Positions 20,074-29,994 of a stretch of DNA of 32,000 nt are shown here, in pieces. The notes under the pieces are model-generated. The model ran no database searches, had not been told where the DNA came from, and worked only from the letters and a program-made list of their open reading frames with translations. A program made the position numbers and the translations under genes. How positions within the stretch are numbered: the stretch's first letter is position 1; every line of letters begins with the position of its first letter. The DNA is from Mycobacterium tuberculosis H37Rv. GTDB taxonomy: Bacteria; Actinomycetota; Actinomycetes; Mycobacteriales; Mycobacteriaceae. Where the stretch lies: the NCBI RefSeq assembly GCF_000195955.2, contig NC_000962.3, forward strand, positions 1,980,001 through 2,012,000, in the 5' to 3' direction.

Positions 20074-20433
20074 ATGTCGGACCAGCCACGTCATCACCAG
20101 GTCCTCGACGACCTGCTGCCCCAACACCGCGCTCTACGTCACCAGATTCCCCAGGTGTACCAGCGATTTGTAGCCCTGGGCGACGCCGCGCTTACCGACG
20201 GCGCTCTCAGCCGCAAGGTCAAGGAGCTTGTGGCGCTGGCGATCGCGGTTGTGCAGGGGTGCGATGGCTGCGTCGCATCACACGCCCAAGCCGCGGTACG
20301 GGCCGGCGCTACAGCGCAAGAAGCCGCTGAGGCCATCGGGGTCACCATCTTGATGCACGGTGGACCGGCCACCATCCACGGTGCTCGTGCCTACGCGGCA
20401 TTTTGCGAATTCGCTGACACAACGCCGTCCTAG
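20074..20433 (+). CDS. Carboxymuconolactone decarboxylase/AhpD-like protein (Rv1767)
   Basis: KELVALAIAVVQGCDGCVASHAQAAVRAGAT: ExnCxxCxxxH redox motif of AhpD-like proteins. Confidence 0.88.
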   Translation: MSDQPRHHQVLDDLLPQHRALRHQIPQVYQRFVALGDAALTDGALSRKVKELVALAIAVVQGCDGCVASHAQAAVRAGATAQEAAEAIGVTILMHGGPATIHGARAYAAFCEFADTTPS

Positions 20434-20613
20434 TCGTCGCGGCCACCGAGCGGACCGCGCTGACCCGGGCTGAAACGTTCCGAGGCGGACTGGCGAAACG
20501 CATGGTAGGTCACGCGGAAATGCGGGGCGTGTTGGCGCGATGGCGATAGCCTTTGCCGAGGGTTCAATGGTGACCGGGCGCCCGCCGGGTTTCCATGAGG
20601 CGGGAGGTCCCTG

Positions 20614-22470
20614 ATGTCCTATCTCGTCGTGGTGCCGGAGTTGGTCGCAGCGGCGGCAACAGATTTGGCGAACATCGGTTCGTCGATTAGTGCAGCCAAC
20701 GCGGCCGCGGCGGCACCGACCACGGCACTGGTCGCAGCCGGCGGCGACGAGGTATCGGCGGCCATAGCCGCGTTGTTCGGAGCGCATGCTCGGGCATATC
20801 AAGCGTTGAGTGCCCAGGCGGCGATGTTTCATGAACAGTTTGTCCGGGCCCTCGCCGCCGGCGGTAACTCCTACGCCGTCGCTGAGGCGGCAACCGCGCA
20901 ATCGGTTCAGCAAGATCTGCTCAACCTGATCAATGCGCCCACCCAGGCGCTGTTGGGGCGTCCGCTGATCGGCAACGGCGCCAACGGGCTGCCGGGTACG
21001 GGCCAGAACGGCGGCGACGGCGGGATTCTGTACGGCAACGGCGGCAACGGTGGGTCCGGCGGGGTCAACCAGGCCGGTGGCAATGGCGGGAATGCTGGGC
21101 TGTGGGGCAATGGCGGATCCGGCGGAGCCGGCGGGAACGCCACCACTGCCGGCCGCAACGGCTTCAACGGGGGCGCCGGGGGAAGCGGCGGTTTGCTGTG
21201 GGGCAATGGCGGTGCCGGCGGGGCCGGTGGGAACGGCGGTCCGGCTCCGCTCGTGGGCGGGGTGGGCACCACCGGTGGCGCCGGCGGGAACGGCGGCGGC
21301 GCCGGGTTGTTCTACGGTTTCGGCGGCGCCGGTGGGAACGGCGGGATGGGCGGGGTGGCACCGAGCACCGGCCCCTCGATGGGCATCCTCCCGGCCGGCG
21401 GTGTCGGCGGGCCTGGTGGCTCCGGCGGGGCGAGCGCGCTTGCCTTCGGCTCCGGCGGCGTCGGCGGTGCCGGTGGCTTGGGCGGGCCGACCGATGGCAC
21501 CGTCCAGGGGGTGGGCGGCTTCGGCGGTCAGGGCGGCAACGGCGGGCAGAGCGGCTTGTTGTTTGGCAACGCGGGAGCCGGCGGGGCAGGCGCTGCCGGC
21601 GGAGCCGGCACCGGCGACACCGAGAGCTTCGGCGGCCACGGCGGGGCCGGCGGTGATGGCGGCGCTGTTGGCTTGATCGGTAACGGCGGGGCCGGCGGCA
21701 CCGGATCTCCCGGCGCTGTGGTGGGTGGTAACGGCGGCGTCGGTGGTCTGGGTGGCGCCGGCAGTCCCGGGGGTCTGTTGTACGGCACCGGGGGGGCCGG
21801 CGGCAATGGCGGACCGGGTGGTGACGGTGGTACTGGCGCGACGGTGGGCTTTGCCGGCTCCGGCGGTTTCGGCGGTGCGGGGGGCATCGCCCAGCTGTTT
21901 GGCACGGGTGGCATGGGTGGTAGCGGCGGTGGTATAGGCGCTGGCACCACGACCGTGGTGCCGCCCGACGTCGCCCCGGTGGGTGGCACAGGCGGCAATG
22001 GCGGTCGCGCCGGGCTGCTGTTGGGTGTGGGTGGCATGGGCGGTAATGGCGGTGCCACCAGCGTCGGCGGGACGCTCTACGCCGCCGGTGGAAACGGCGG
22101 CGACGGCGGGTTGGTGTGGGGCAACGGTGGCACCGGCGGGAGCGGTGGCGCCGGCGGGGCGGGCAGCGTCGGCAACGGCGGTGCGGGTGGCAACGCGGCA
22201 CTGCTGTTCGGCAACGGCGGGGCGGGCGGGGCCGGCGGCGCCGGCGGCATCGGTGCCGGCGGAGCCGGCGGCTTCGGCGCGGTTCTGTTTGGCAACGGCG
22301 GGGCTGGCGGGAGCGGTGCCCCCGGTGGCATCGGCGCCGGTGGCAATGGCGGAAACGCGCTGCTGGTCGGCAACGGCGGCAACGGTGGGGCAGGTACCGG
22401 TGGGGCTGCTGGCGGTGCCGGTGGCTCGGGCGGGTTGCTATTCGGCCAAAATGGGATGCCCGGGCCGTGA
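20614..22470 (+). CDS. PE_PGRS31: PE_PGRS family protein (PE_PGRS31, Rv1768)
   Basis: [56 protein letters not shown] then Gly-rich repeats; GGGAGG ribosome site upstream. Confidence 0.94.
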   Translation: MSYLVVVPELVAAAATDLANIGSSISAANAAAAAPTTALVAAGGDEVSAAIAALFGAHARAYQALSAQAAMFHEQFVRALAAGGNSYAVAEAATAQSVQQDLLNLINAPTQALLGRPLIGNGANGLPGTGQNGGDGGILYGNGGNGGSGGVNQAGGNGGNAGLWGNGGSGGAGGNATTAGRNGFNGGAGGSGGLLWGNGGAGGAGGNGGPAPLVGGVGTTGGAGGNGGGAGLFYGFGGAGGNGGMGGVAPSTGPSMGILPAGGVGGPGGSGGASALAFGSGGVGGAGGLGGPTDGTVQGVGGFGGQGGNGGQSGLLFGNAGAGGAGAAGGAGTGDTESFGGHGGAGGDGGAVGLIGNGGAGGTGSPGAVVGGNGGVGGLGGAGSPGGLLYGTGGAGGNGGPGGDGGTGATVGFAGSGGFGGAGGIAQLFGTGGMGGSGGGIGAGTTTVVPPDVAPVGGTGGNGGRAGLLLGVGGMGGNGGATSVGGTLYAAGGNGGDGGLVWGNGGTGGSGGAGGAGSVGNGGAGGNAALLFGNGGAGGAGGAGGIGAGGAGGFGAVLFGNGGAGGSGAPGGIGAGGNGGNALLVGNGGNGGAGTGGAAGGAGGSGGLLFGQNGMPGP

Positions 22471-22625
22471 GCGCCCCAACCCAGGCCAACCCCCTATGGG
22501 CAATCTGCACATCAATTGGCCAGGTCGACAGCAGACCGCACACATCTACGAGATTGGTTCCCGATCCGTGGGTGGGGCCGGGAAAAGCGGCTGTAAGAGT
22601 TGGCTAGGTTCAGTAGGGTGGCGGC

Positions 22626-23870
22626 GTGCATGAGGTGGCTGCTCGTGAGCAACGTTCGGACGGGCCGATGAGGCTGGATGCGCAGGGCCGACTGCAGCGT
22701 TACGAGGAGGCGTTCGCTGACTACGATGCACCGTTTGCGTTCGTAGATCTCGACGCGATGTGGGGCAATGCCGATCAACTGCTTGCGCGCGCCGGCGACA
22801 AGCCGATCCGGGTGGCGTCGAAGTCGCTGCGTTGCCGACCACTGCAACGCGAAATCCTTGATGCCAGTGAGCGATTCGACGGGCTATTGACGTTCACGCT
22901 TACCGAGACGCTGTGGCTTGCCGGCCAAGGTTTCTCGAACCTGTTGTTGGCCTACCCGCCGACCGACCGGGCGGCATTGCGTGCGCTTGGCGAGCTGACG
23001 GCCAAGGACCCGGACGGGGCGCCGATCGTGATGGTGGACAGCGTGGAGCACCTTGACCTGATCGAGCGCACGACCGACAAGCCGGTACGGCTGTGTCTGG
23101 ATTTCGATGCCGGCTATTGGCGCGCCGGCGGGCGGATAAAAATTGGTTCCAAGCGCTCGCCGCTGCACACCCCGGAGCAGGCTCGCGCACTCGCGGTGGA
23201 GATCGCGCGGCGGCCGGCGCTAACGTTGGCGGCGTTGATGTGCTACGAGGCCCACATTGCGGGCCTCGGTGACAACGTCGCCGGCAAGCGGGTCCACAAC
23301 GCGATCATCCGTCGGATGCAGCGCATGTCGTTCGAAGAGCTGCGCGAGCGTCGTGCCCGGGCCGTCGAGCTGGTGCGCGAGGTCGCCGACATCAAGATCG
23401 TCAACGCCGGTGGCACCGGCGACTTGCAGCTGGTTGCGCAGGAGCCGTTGATTACCGAAGCGACCGCCGGCTCGGGTTTTTACGCGCCGACACTGTTCGA
23501 CTCGTATTCGACGTTCACGCTGCAGCCCGCGGCGATGTTCGCGCTGCCGGTATGCCGTCGTCCCGGTGCAAAGACCGTGACCGCGCTCGGGGGTGGCTAT
23601 TTAGCCAGCGGGGTCGGGGCGAAGGACCGCATGCCGACTCCCTACCTGCCGGTCGGGCTGAAGCTCAATGCGCTGGAGGGAACGGGCGAAGTTCAGACAC
23701 CGCTATCCGGTGATGCAGCCCGACGGCTGAAGCTTGGCGACAAGGTCTACTTCCGCCACACCAAGGCCGGTGAGCTGTGTGAGCGGTTCGACCATCTGCA
23801 TCTGGTCCGTGGCGCTGAAGTAGTCGACACCGTCCCCACCTACCGGGGTGAAGGGCGCACCTTCCTCTAA
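22626..23870 (+). CDS. PLP-dependent alanine racemase/D-threonine aldolase-like protein (Rv1769)
   Basis: APFAFVDLDAMWGNADQLLARAGDKPIRVASKSLRCRP: Lys-containing strand typical of the Ala_racemase_N fold. Confidence 0.82.
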   Translation: MHEVAAREQRSDGPMRLDAQGRLQRYEEAFADYDAPFAFVDLDAMWGNADQLLARAGDKPIRVASKSLRCRPLQREILDASERFDGLLTFTLTETLWLAGQGFSNLLLAYPPTDRAALRALGELTAKDPDGAPIVMVDSVEHLDLIERTTDKPVRLCLDFDAGYWRAGGRIKIGSKRSPLHTPEQARALAVEIARRPALTLAALMCYEAHIAGLGDNVAGKRVHNAIIRRMQRMSFEELRERRARAVELVREVADIKIVNAGGTGDLQLVAQEPLITEATAGSGFYAPTLFDSYSTFTLQPAAMFALPVCRRPGAKTVTALGGGYLASGVGAKDRMPTPYLPVGLKLNALEGTGEVQTPLSGDAARRLKLGDKVYFRHTKAGELCERFDHLHLVRGAEVVDTVPTYRGEGRTFL

Positions 23871-23877
23871 TGCTGAA

Positions 23878-25164
23878 ATGGACGAGGCCCACCCGGCTCA
23901 CCCGGCAGATGCGGGGCGGCCCGGTGGCCCAATTCAAGGCGCGCGAAGAGGAGCTGCCATGACACCGATCACCGCCCTGCCGACCGAGTTGGCGGCCATG
24001 CGCGAGGTAGTCGAGACGCTCGCACCCATTGAGCGTGCCGCGGGCGAGCCGGGTGAGCACAAGGCGGCCGAGTGGATCGTCGAGCGCCTGCGCACGGCGG
24101 GCGCGCAGGACGCGCGCATCGAGGAGGAGCAGTACCTCGACGGCTACCCGAGGCTGCACCTCAAGCTGTCGGTGATCGGGGTGGCGGCCGGCGTCGCGGG
24201 CCTGCTCAGCAGACGTTTGCGCATCCCCGCCGCGCTGGCCGGGGTGGGTGCGGGGCTGGCAATCGCCGACGATTGCGCCAACGGGCCGCGCATTGTGCGC
24301 AAACGAACGGAGACGCCCCGGACGACATGGAACGCGGTAGCCGAGGCCGGTGATCCTGCTGGTCAGCTAACAGTTGTTGTGTGCGCTCACCACGACGCCG
24401 CGCACAGCGGCAAGTTTTTCGAGGCTCATATTGAGGAGGTAATGGTCGAGCTGTTTCCCGGGATTGTGGAGCGCATCGACACGCAGCTGCCGAACTGGTG
24501 GGGGCCGATCCTCGCGCCCGCACTCGCCGGTGTCGGCGCCCTGCGCGGCAGCCGGCCGATGATGATCGCCGGAACGGTGGGTAGCGCCCTGGCCGCCGCT
24601 TTGTTCGCCGACATCGCGCGCAGTCCGGTCGTCCCCGGTGCCAACGACAATCTCTCCGCGGTTGCGCTGCTGGTCGCGCTGGCCGAGCGGCTGCGCGAGC
24701 GGCCGGTGAAGGGCGTGCGAGTGTTGCTCGTGTCCCTGGGGGCCGAGGAAACGTTGCAGGGCGGGATCTACGGGTTCCTGGCGCGACACAAACCCGAGCT
24801 GGACCGCGACCGCACATACTTCCTGAACTTCGACACCATCGGCTCACCCGAGCTCATCATGCTCGAGGGCGAGGGCCCGACGGTCATGGAGGACTACTTC
24901 TATCGGCCATTCCGGGATCTGGTCATCCGGGCGGCCGAGCGCGCCGACGCGCCGCTGCGGCGCGGCATCCGGTCGCGCAACAGTACCGACGCGGTGTTGA
25001 TGAGCCGCGCCGGCTACCCGACCGCGTGCTTTGTGTCGATCAACCGGCACAAGTCGGTGGCCAATTACCACCTGATGTCCGATACACCTGAGAATCTCTG
25101 CTATGAGACGGTGTCCCACGCCGTCACCGTCGCCGAATCCGTGATCAGGGAGCTGGCCCGATGA
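23878..25164 (+). CDS. M28-family metallopeptidase-like protein (Rv1770)
   Basis: VVVCAHHDAAHSGKFFE, PGANDNLSAVALLVALAERL, LLVSLGAEETLQGG, LNFDTIGSPELIML: Zn-peptidase motif series. Confidence 0.85.
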   Translation: MDEAHPAHPADAGRPGGPIQGARRGAAMTPITALPTELAAMREVVETLAPIERAAGEPGEHKAAEWIVERLRTAGAQDARIEEEQYLDGYPRLHLKLSVIGVAAGVAGLLSRRLRIPAALAGVGAGLAIADDCANGPRIVRKRTETPRTTWNAVAEAGDPAGQLTVVVCAHHDAAHSGKFFEAHIEEVMVELFPGIVERIDTQLPNWWGPILAPALAGVGALRGSRPMMIAGTVGSALAAALFADIARSPVVPGANDNLSAVALLVALAERLRERPVKGVRVLLVSLGAEETLQGGIYGFLARHKPELDRDRTYFLNFDTIGSPELIMLEGEGPTVMEDYFYRPFRDLVIRAAERADAPLRRGIRSRNSTDAVLMSRAGYPTACFVSINRHKSVANYHLMSDTPENLCYETVSHAVTVAESVIRELAR

Positions 25165-26447
25165 GCCCGATATGGAGTAATTGGCCTGGTGAGCAAGTCT
25201 GCGCGCCGTCGGCGATCGTACGGCCGACCTCGGAGGCTGAGCTGGCCGACGTGATCGCGCAGGCGGCGAAAAGAGGCGAGCGGGTACGCGCGGTTGGCAG
25301 CGGGCATTCGTTTACCGACATCGCCTGCACGGACGGGGTCATGATCGACATGACCGGCCTGCAGCGGGTCCTCGACGTGGACCAGCCGACTGGCCTGGTG
25401 ACGGTCGAGGGGGGCGCAAAGCTACGTGCGCTGGGACCCCAATTGGCGCAACGACGGCTCGGCCTGGAGAACCAGGGTGACGTGGATCCCCAATCCATCA
25501 CCGGCGCGACCGCGACCGCGACGCACGGAACCGGGGTGCGTTTCCAGAATCTGTCGGCGCGGATCGTTTCGCTGCGGCTGGTCACCGCGGGCGGGGAAGT
25601 GCTCAGTCTGTCCGAAGGTGACGATTACCTGGCGGCACGGGTTTCCCTCGGCGCGCTAGGAGTGATCTCACAGGTCACCCTGCAGACGGTTCCGCTATTC
25701 ACGTTGCATCGCCATGATCAGCGACGCTCGCTGGCGCAGACGCTGGAGCGCCTCGACGAGTTCGTGGACGGTAATGACCATTTCGAGTTTTTCGTATTCC
25801 CTTACGCAGATAAGGCGTTGACGCGCACCATGCATCGCAGTGACGAGCAGCCCAAACCCACGCCCGGGTGGCAGCGCATGGTCGGCGAGAACTTCGAGAA
25901 CGGGGGATTGAGCCTGATCTGCCAGACCGGCCGTCGTTTTCCTAGTGTGGCGCCGCGACTGAACCGCCTGATGACGAACATGATGTCGTCCTCCACCGTG
26001 CAAGACCGCGCCTACAAGGTCTTTGCGACCCAACGCAAGGTCAGGTTCACCGAGATGGAGTACGCGATCCCGCGTGAAAACGGGCGCGAGGCGCTCCAGC
26101 GTGTCATCGACCTTGTGCGCCGTCGCAGCTTGCCGATCATGTTTCCGATTGAGGTGCGATTCTCCGCCCCCGACGATTCCTTCCTGTCGACCGCATATGG
26201 GCGCGACACTTGCTACATCGCGGTTCATCAATACGCCGGTATGGAGTTCGAAAGCTACTTCCGCGCCGTCGAGGAGATCATGGACGACTACGCCGGTCGG
26301 CCACACTGGGGTAAACGTCACTATCAGACCGCCGCCACGCTTCGTGAGCGCTATCCGCAGTGGGATCGGTTCGCCGCGGTTCGCGATCGCCTCGATCCGG
26401 ACCGGGTGTTTCTCAACGACTACACCCGGCGCGTTCTCGGTCCCTGA
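25161..26447 (+). CDS. L-gulono-1,4-lactone dehydrogenase (Rv1771)
   Basis: FAD PCMH domain (VRAVGSGHSFTDIACTDGVMIDMTGLQRVLDVDQPTGLVTVEGGAKL) and ALO C-terminus (FPIEVRFSAPDD..., HWGKRHYQTAATLRERYPQWDRFAAVRDRLDPDRVFLNDYTRRVLG). Confidence 0.9.
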   Translation: MSPIWSNWPGEQVCAPSAIVRPTSEAELADVIAQAAKRGERVRAVGSGHSFTDIACTDGVMIDMTGLQRVLDVDQPTGLVTVEGGAKLRALGPQLAQRRLGLENQGDVDPQSITGATATATHGTGVRFQNLSARIVSLRLVTAGGEVLSLSEGDDYLAARVSLGALGVISQVTLQTVPLFTLHRHDQRRSLAQTLERLDEFVDGNDHFEFFVFPYADKALTRTMHRSDEQPKPTPGWQRMVGENFENGGLSLICQTGRRFPSVAPRLNRLMTNMMSSSTVQDRAYKVFATQRKVRFTEMEYAIPRENGREALQRVIDLVRRRSLPIMFPIEVRFSAPDDSFLSTAYGRDTCYIAVHQYAGMEFESYFRAVEEIMDDYAGRPHWGKRHYQTAATLRERYPQWDRFAAVRDRLDPDRVFLNDYTRRVLGP

Positions 26448-26635
26448 CAACGAATCAACGAACCCTCGTGGTGTTCGGCCGATATCGACACGGTCACAAC
26501 CGCGTACCGATATCAGCGGTGGTATGGCGTAACGGGCACGATGCACAAATCATGGCAGCATGCGCGTTGGGAGCCACCGTCGCGAACCAAGCGTGCGCGT
26601 TCACGGATTCGTCCGCCTGAGTTGGCGGATATCGG

Positions 26636-26947
26636 TTGGGTTCAACAGGAGGTAGCCAACCCATGACGGCGAATCGAGGGCCCGCTGCAATCTCGAGCGG
26701 CTCGAACTCTGGCCGCGTTCTCGACACCGCCCGGGGTATCCTCATCGCTCTTCGGCGGTGCCCCGCAGAGACCGCGTTCGACGAGTTGCACAACGCCGCT
26801 CAACGGCACAGATTGCCGGTCTTCGAAATAGCTTGGGCACTAGTGCATTTGGCGGTCGAGGGAAGCACGCCATGCCGGAGCTTCGTCGATGCCCAGTCGG
26901 CGGCTCGGCGGGAGTGGGGTCAGCTTTTTGCGCATGCGGCGGCGTAA
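26636..26947 (+). CDS. Small ANTAR-like domain protein (Rv1772)
   Basis: LDTARGILIALRRCPAETAFDELHNAAQRHRLPVFEIAWALVHLA fits the ANTAR helix pattern (AkGiLm...c...eAf..L...A......l...A..iv). Confidence 0.65.
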   Translation: MGSTGGSQPMTANRGPAAISSGSNSGRVLDTARGILIALRRCPAETAFDELHNAAQRHRLPVFEIAWALVHLAVEGSTPCRSFVDAQSAARREWGQLFAHAAA

Positions 26948-27019
26948 TGCCAGCTTGGCGGTGGTGTGGGGAAGCACCGCCGCCAGCTAAACGGATCGGC
27001 TTCGAATCCAGGAGCCCAA

Positions 27020-27766
27020 TCAGCGAGTCCAGTCCGGCGAGTCCGCGGCGGCGCGCAACGCGGCGATTATGCGCTGCTCTTTTTCCAGAAATCGTGCGGT
27101 GGGCGCCGGCACCGAGATCGCGATCACGTTGTCGCCCAGGGCGCGTCGTGCGATCGCAGCCGCGGATATCCCTGGGGTGTGCTCGTTGCGGTCGAAAGCG
27201 ATACCGGTGCGCCGGATCTCGACGATCTCGCGCCGTAGACCTTCGGCCACCATGGGATCCAGACGGCAGAGCGCGGCCTCGGCGTCGGCGTCGTCGAGAG
27301 CAGCCAGCGCCGCTTTTCCATTCGCGGTTCCGTTCAACGGGAAGCGGAGCCCGACGGCTGAGACCGCACGCAGCCGGTAAGACGATTCGATCTGGTCGAC
27401 AAACCACATTCGCTGGCCGCGCAGTACCGACAGGTCGACCGTTTCGCCGTCGGTCGCGCGGGCAACTCGCTCGACGGTCGGCCGGAACGCCGCGGCTATG
27501 TGGGCTCCGGTGACACTTCCGAATCCCAGCAAACGCTCGCCCAGTGCGAAGCGGCCGTGCGAATCGACACTAACCAGCCCCACCTCGACCAGGCCGACCA
27601 GCAAGCGTCGAGTCGTCGATTTGGCCAGCCCCAGCCGCTCGCAGAGATCGACTAGGCGCAGGTGTCCCGGTTCGGCAGCTATTTCGTCCAGCGCGGCGAC
27701 GGCGCGACGGAGCACCTGGATGCCTTCGTCGCGATTCGTTGTCGACTTTCCTTCCGTAGGCGGCAC
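27020..27766 (-). CDS. IclR-family transcriptional regulator (Rv1773c); alternative start at 27799
   Basis: GIQVLRRAVAALDEIAAEPGHLRLVDLCERLGLAKSTTRRLLVGLVEVGLV (wHTH) with C-terminal effector domain. Confidence 0.93.
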   Translation of the reverse strand: MPPTEGKSTTNRDEGIQVLRRAVAALDEIAAEPGHLRLVDLCERLGLAKSTTRRLLVGLVEVGLVSVDSHGRFALGERLLGFGSVTGAHIAAAFRPTVERVARATDGETVDLSVLRGQRMWFVDQIESSYRLRAVSAVGLRFPLNGTANGKAALAALDDADAEAALCRLDPMVAEGLRREIVEIRRTGIAFDRNEHTPGISAAAIARRALGDNVIAISVPAPTARFLEKEQRIIAALRAAADSPDWTR

Positions 27767-27784
27767 AACTGCAATATAGTGAAC

Positions 27785-27817
27785 CGAAATACGGATCACA
27801 ATGATTCGAAATACGGA
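27785..27817. promoter_or_regulatory. Direct repeats CGAAATACGGA (27785-27795 and 27807-27817), 22-bp periodicity, between the IclR gene and Rv1774
   Basis: ccgaaatacggatcacaatgattcgaaatacggacc. Confidence 0.5.
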
Positions 27818-27831
27818 CCAGGAGTTTTGCT

Positions 27832-29172
27832 ATGAGGGCGCTACCGGCCGGGCGGCACTTCTTCCGGGGCAGTGACGGGTACGAGGCGGCTCGCCGCGGC
27901 ACCGTGTGGCATCGGCGCGTACCGGATCGCTACCCCGAGGTGATCGTTCAGGCTGTCAGTGCTGACGACATTGTCAGCGCCATCCGCTACGCCACGGTCA
28001 ATGGCCATAAGGTGAGCGTCGTGTCCGGTGGGCACAGTTTTGCCGCCAGCCATCTGCGCGATGGCGCTGTGCTGCTCGACGTGAGCCGGATAGACCACGC
28101 CTCCATCGACGCCGATAAGGGCCGCGCGGTCGTCGGTCCAGGGAAGGGCGGCAGCGTGCTCATGGCCGAACTGGAGGCGCAGGGCCTGTTCTTCCCGGGT
28201 GGCCACTGCAGGGGAGTCTGTCTCGGAGGTTATCTGCTGCAGGGCGGATACGGCTGGAACAGCCGGATCTACGGCCCGGCGTGCGAGAGCGTGATTGGCC
28301 TGGACGTCATCACCGCCGACGGCGCGCAGATCCATTGCGACGCAGACAATCACGCCGATCTGTACTGGGCCGCCCGCGGCGCCGGTCCGGGCTTTTTTGG
28401 CGTCGTCACCTCGTTTTACCTGAAGCTGTATCCGAGGCCGGCCACCTGTGGCACCAGCGTCTATGTCTACCCATTCGACCTTGCCGACGAGGTCTTTACC
28501 TGGGCCCGCGCGGTCAGCGCCGAAGTCGACCCTCGGGTCGAGCTGCAAGCCCTTGCCTCCCGCGGTGAACCGAGCATGGGCATCGACGTCCCCGTCATCT
28601 CCCTTGCCTCGCCCGCTTTCGCTGACTCGCCCGAAGAGGCCGAACAGGCCCTCGCCCTGTTCGGCACCTGCCCGGTTGTCGAGCAGGCACTGGTCAAAGT
28701 CCCTTATATGCCAACCGATTTGCCTGCCTGGTATGACGTCGCGATGACCCACTACCTGTCAGACCATCACTACGCGGTGGACAATATGTGGACGTCGGCG
28801 TCCGCTGAGGACCTGCTGCCGGGTATCCGCTCAATCCTGGACACGCTGCCCCCGCATCCGGCGCACTTCCTCTGGCTGAACTGGGGTCCATGCCCTCCCC
28901 GTCAAGACATGGCCTATAGCATCGAAGCCGACATCTACTTGGCGCTCTACGGCTCCTGGAAGGATCCGGCCGACGAGGCGAAGTACGCCGACTGGGCGCG
29001 GTCCCACATGGCCGCGATGTCGCATCTGGCGGTCGGCATCCAGCTCGCCGACGAGAACCTCGGTGCGCGTCCGGCGCGCTTCGCCAGCGACGCGGCCATG
29101 GCCAAGCTCGACCGGGTGCGCGCCGAATACGACCCCGACGGTTTGTTCAACAGTTGGATGGGAAGAATCTGA
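27832..29172 (+). CDS. Berberine-bridge-enzyme-like FAD oxidoreductase (Rv1774)
   Basis: PCMH FAD domain with SGGHSFAASHLRDG and GHCRGVCLGGYLLQGGYGWNSR; C-terminal WGPCPPRQDMAYSIEADIYLALYG. Confidence 0.9.
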   Translation: MRALPAGRHFFRGSDGYEAARRGTVWHRRVPDRYPEVIVQAVSADDIVSAIRYATVNGHKVSVVSGGHSFAASHLRDGAVLLDVSRIDHASIDADKGRAVVGPGKGGSVLMAELEAQGLFFPGGHCRGVCLGGYLLQGGYGWNSRIYGPACESVIGLDVITADGAQIHCDADNHADLYWAARGAGPGFFGVVTSFYLKLYPRPATCGTSVYVYPFDLADEVFTWARAVSAEVDPRVELQALASRGEPSMGIDVPVISLASPAFADSPEEAEQALALFGTCPVVEQALVKVPYMPTDLPAWYDVAMTHYLSDHHYAVDNMWTSASAEDLLPGIRSILDTLPPHPAHFLWLNWGPCPPRQDMAYSIEADIYLALYGSWKDPADEAKYADWARSHMAAMSHLAVGIQLADENLGARPARFASDAAMAKLDRVRAEYDPDGLFNSWMGRI

Positions 29173-29990
29173 TGGCCAGCGATCTGTACCTGGGCTACCG
29201 CAACGACGACGCGGACACGCCGTTCGGCAAGTTCTTCAAACCCGAGATGGCCCCGCTGCCACAGCATGTCGTGGTGGCGTTGCAGCATGGCCCCCAGGCC
29301 GGGATGGCGTTGCTCGCCTTCGACGACGCCGCGAGCATCGTTGATGAGGGCTATCAGCAGACCGAGAACGGCTACGGGATTCTCGGCGACGGCAGCATGC
29401 AGGTATCCGTGCGCACCGACATGCCCGGGGTCACTCCCGCGATGTGGGCATGGTGGTTCGGCTGGCACGGCAGCGACACCCGCCGCTACAAGCTGTGGCA
29501 CCCGCGGGCCCATCTATCGGCGCGGTGGAAGGACGGCGACCAGGACAGCGGGGCCGGCCGTCGGGGCGCGCAGCGTTACGTCGGCCGCTGGTCGATGATC
29601 AGCGAGTACATCGGCTCGACGAAACTGGGTGCCGCAATACAATTCGTCGAGCCGGCGGCCATGGGTCTGCCCGACGACAGCGACGATACGGTGTCGATCT
29701 GTGCGCGGTTGGGCTCTGCTGACGCCCCGGTGGATGCGGGCTGGTTCGTCCATCAGGTCCGATCGACGCCGGGCGGGTCCGAGATGCGGTCACGGTTTTG
29801 GATGGGCGGACCGCACATCGCGGTGCGCAAGGCACCCGAGGTCGCGTCCAAGGCGGTGCGTCCCATCGCGTCGAAGCTAATCGGCGTCTCGGAATCGACC
29901 GCGCGTAATCTGCTGGTGTACTGCGCGCAGGAGATGAACCACCTGGCGGGGTTCTTGGCGGACCTGTGGGAAAGCTTCGGTGACGAGTGA
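29172..29990 (+). CDS. DAPG/phloretin hydrolase (PhlG)-like protein (Rv1775)
   Basis: MPGVTPAMWAWWFGWHGSDTRRYKLWHPRAHLSARW and C-terminal LLVYCAQEMNHLAGFLADLWESF; ATG overlaps TGA of Rv1774. Confidence 0.65.
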   Translation: MASDLYLGYRNDDADTPFGKFFKPEMAPLPQHVVVALQHGPQAGMALLAFDDAASIVDEGYQQTENGYGILGDGSMQVSVRTDMPGVTPAMWAWWFGWHGSDTRRYKLWHPRAHLSARWKDGDQDSGAGRRGAQRYVGRWSMISEYIGSTKLGAAIQFVEPAAMGLPDDSDDTVSICARLGSADAPVDAGWFVHQVRSTPGGSEMRSRFWMGGPHIAVRKAPEVASKAVRPIASKLIGVSESTARNLLVYCAQEMNHLAGFLADLWESFGDE

Positions 29991-29994
29991 GGTT

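Noticed and set aside
20278-22543. Large minus-strand ORFs opposite PE_PGRS31 (453 aa and 459 aa).
   Set aside because: Same artefact: antisense to PGRS repeats with low-complexity Arg/Ala/Pro composition.
26478-26640. Repeated GATATC-containing words between Rv1771 and Rv1772 as a possible regulatory array.
   Set aside because: Irregular spacing and only short shared core; not distinguishable from chance by eye.
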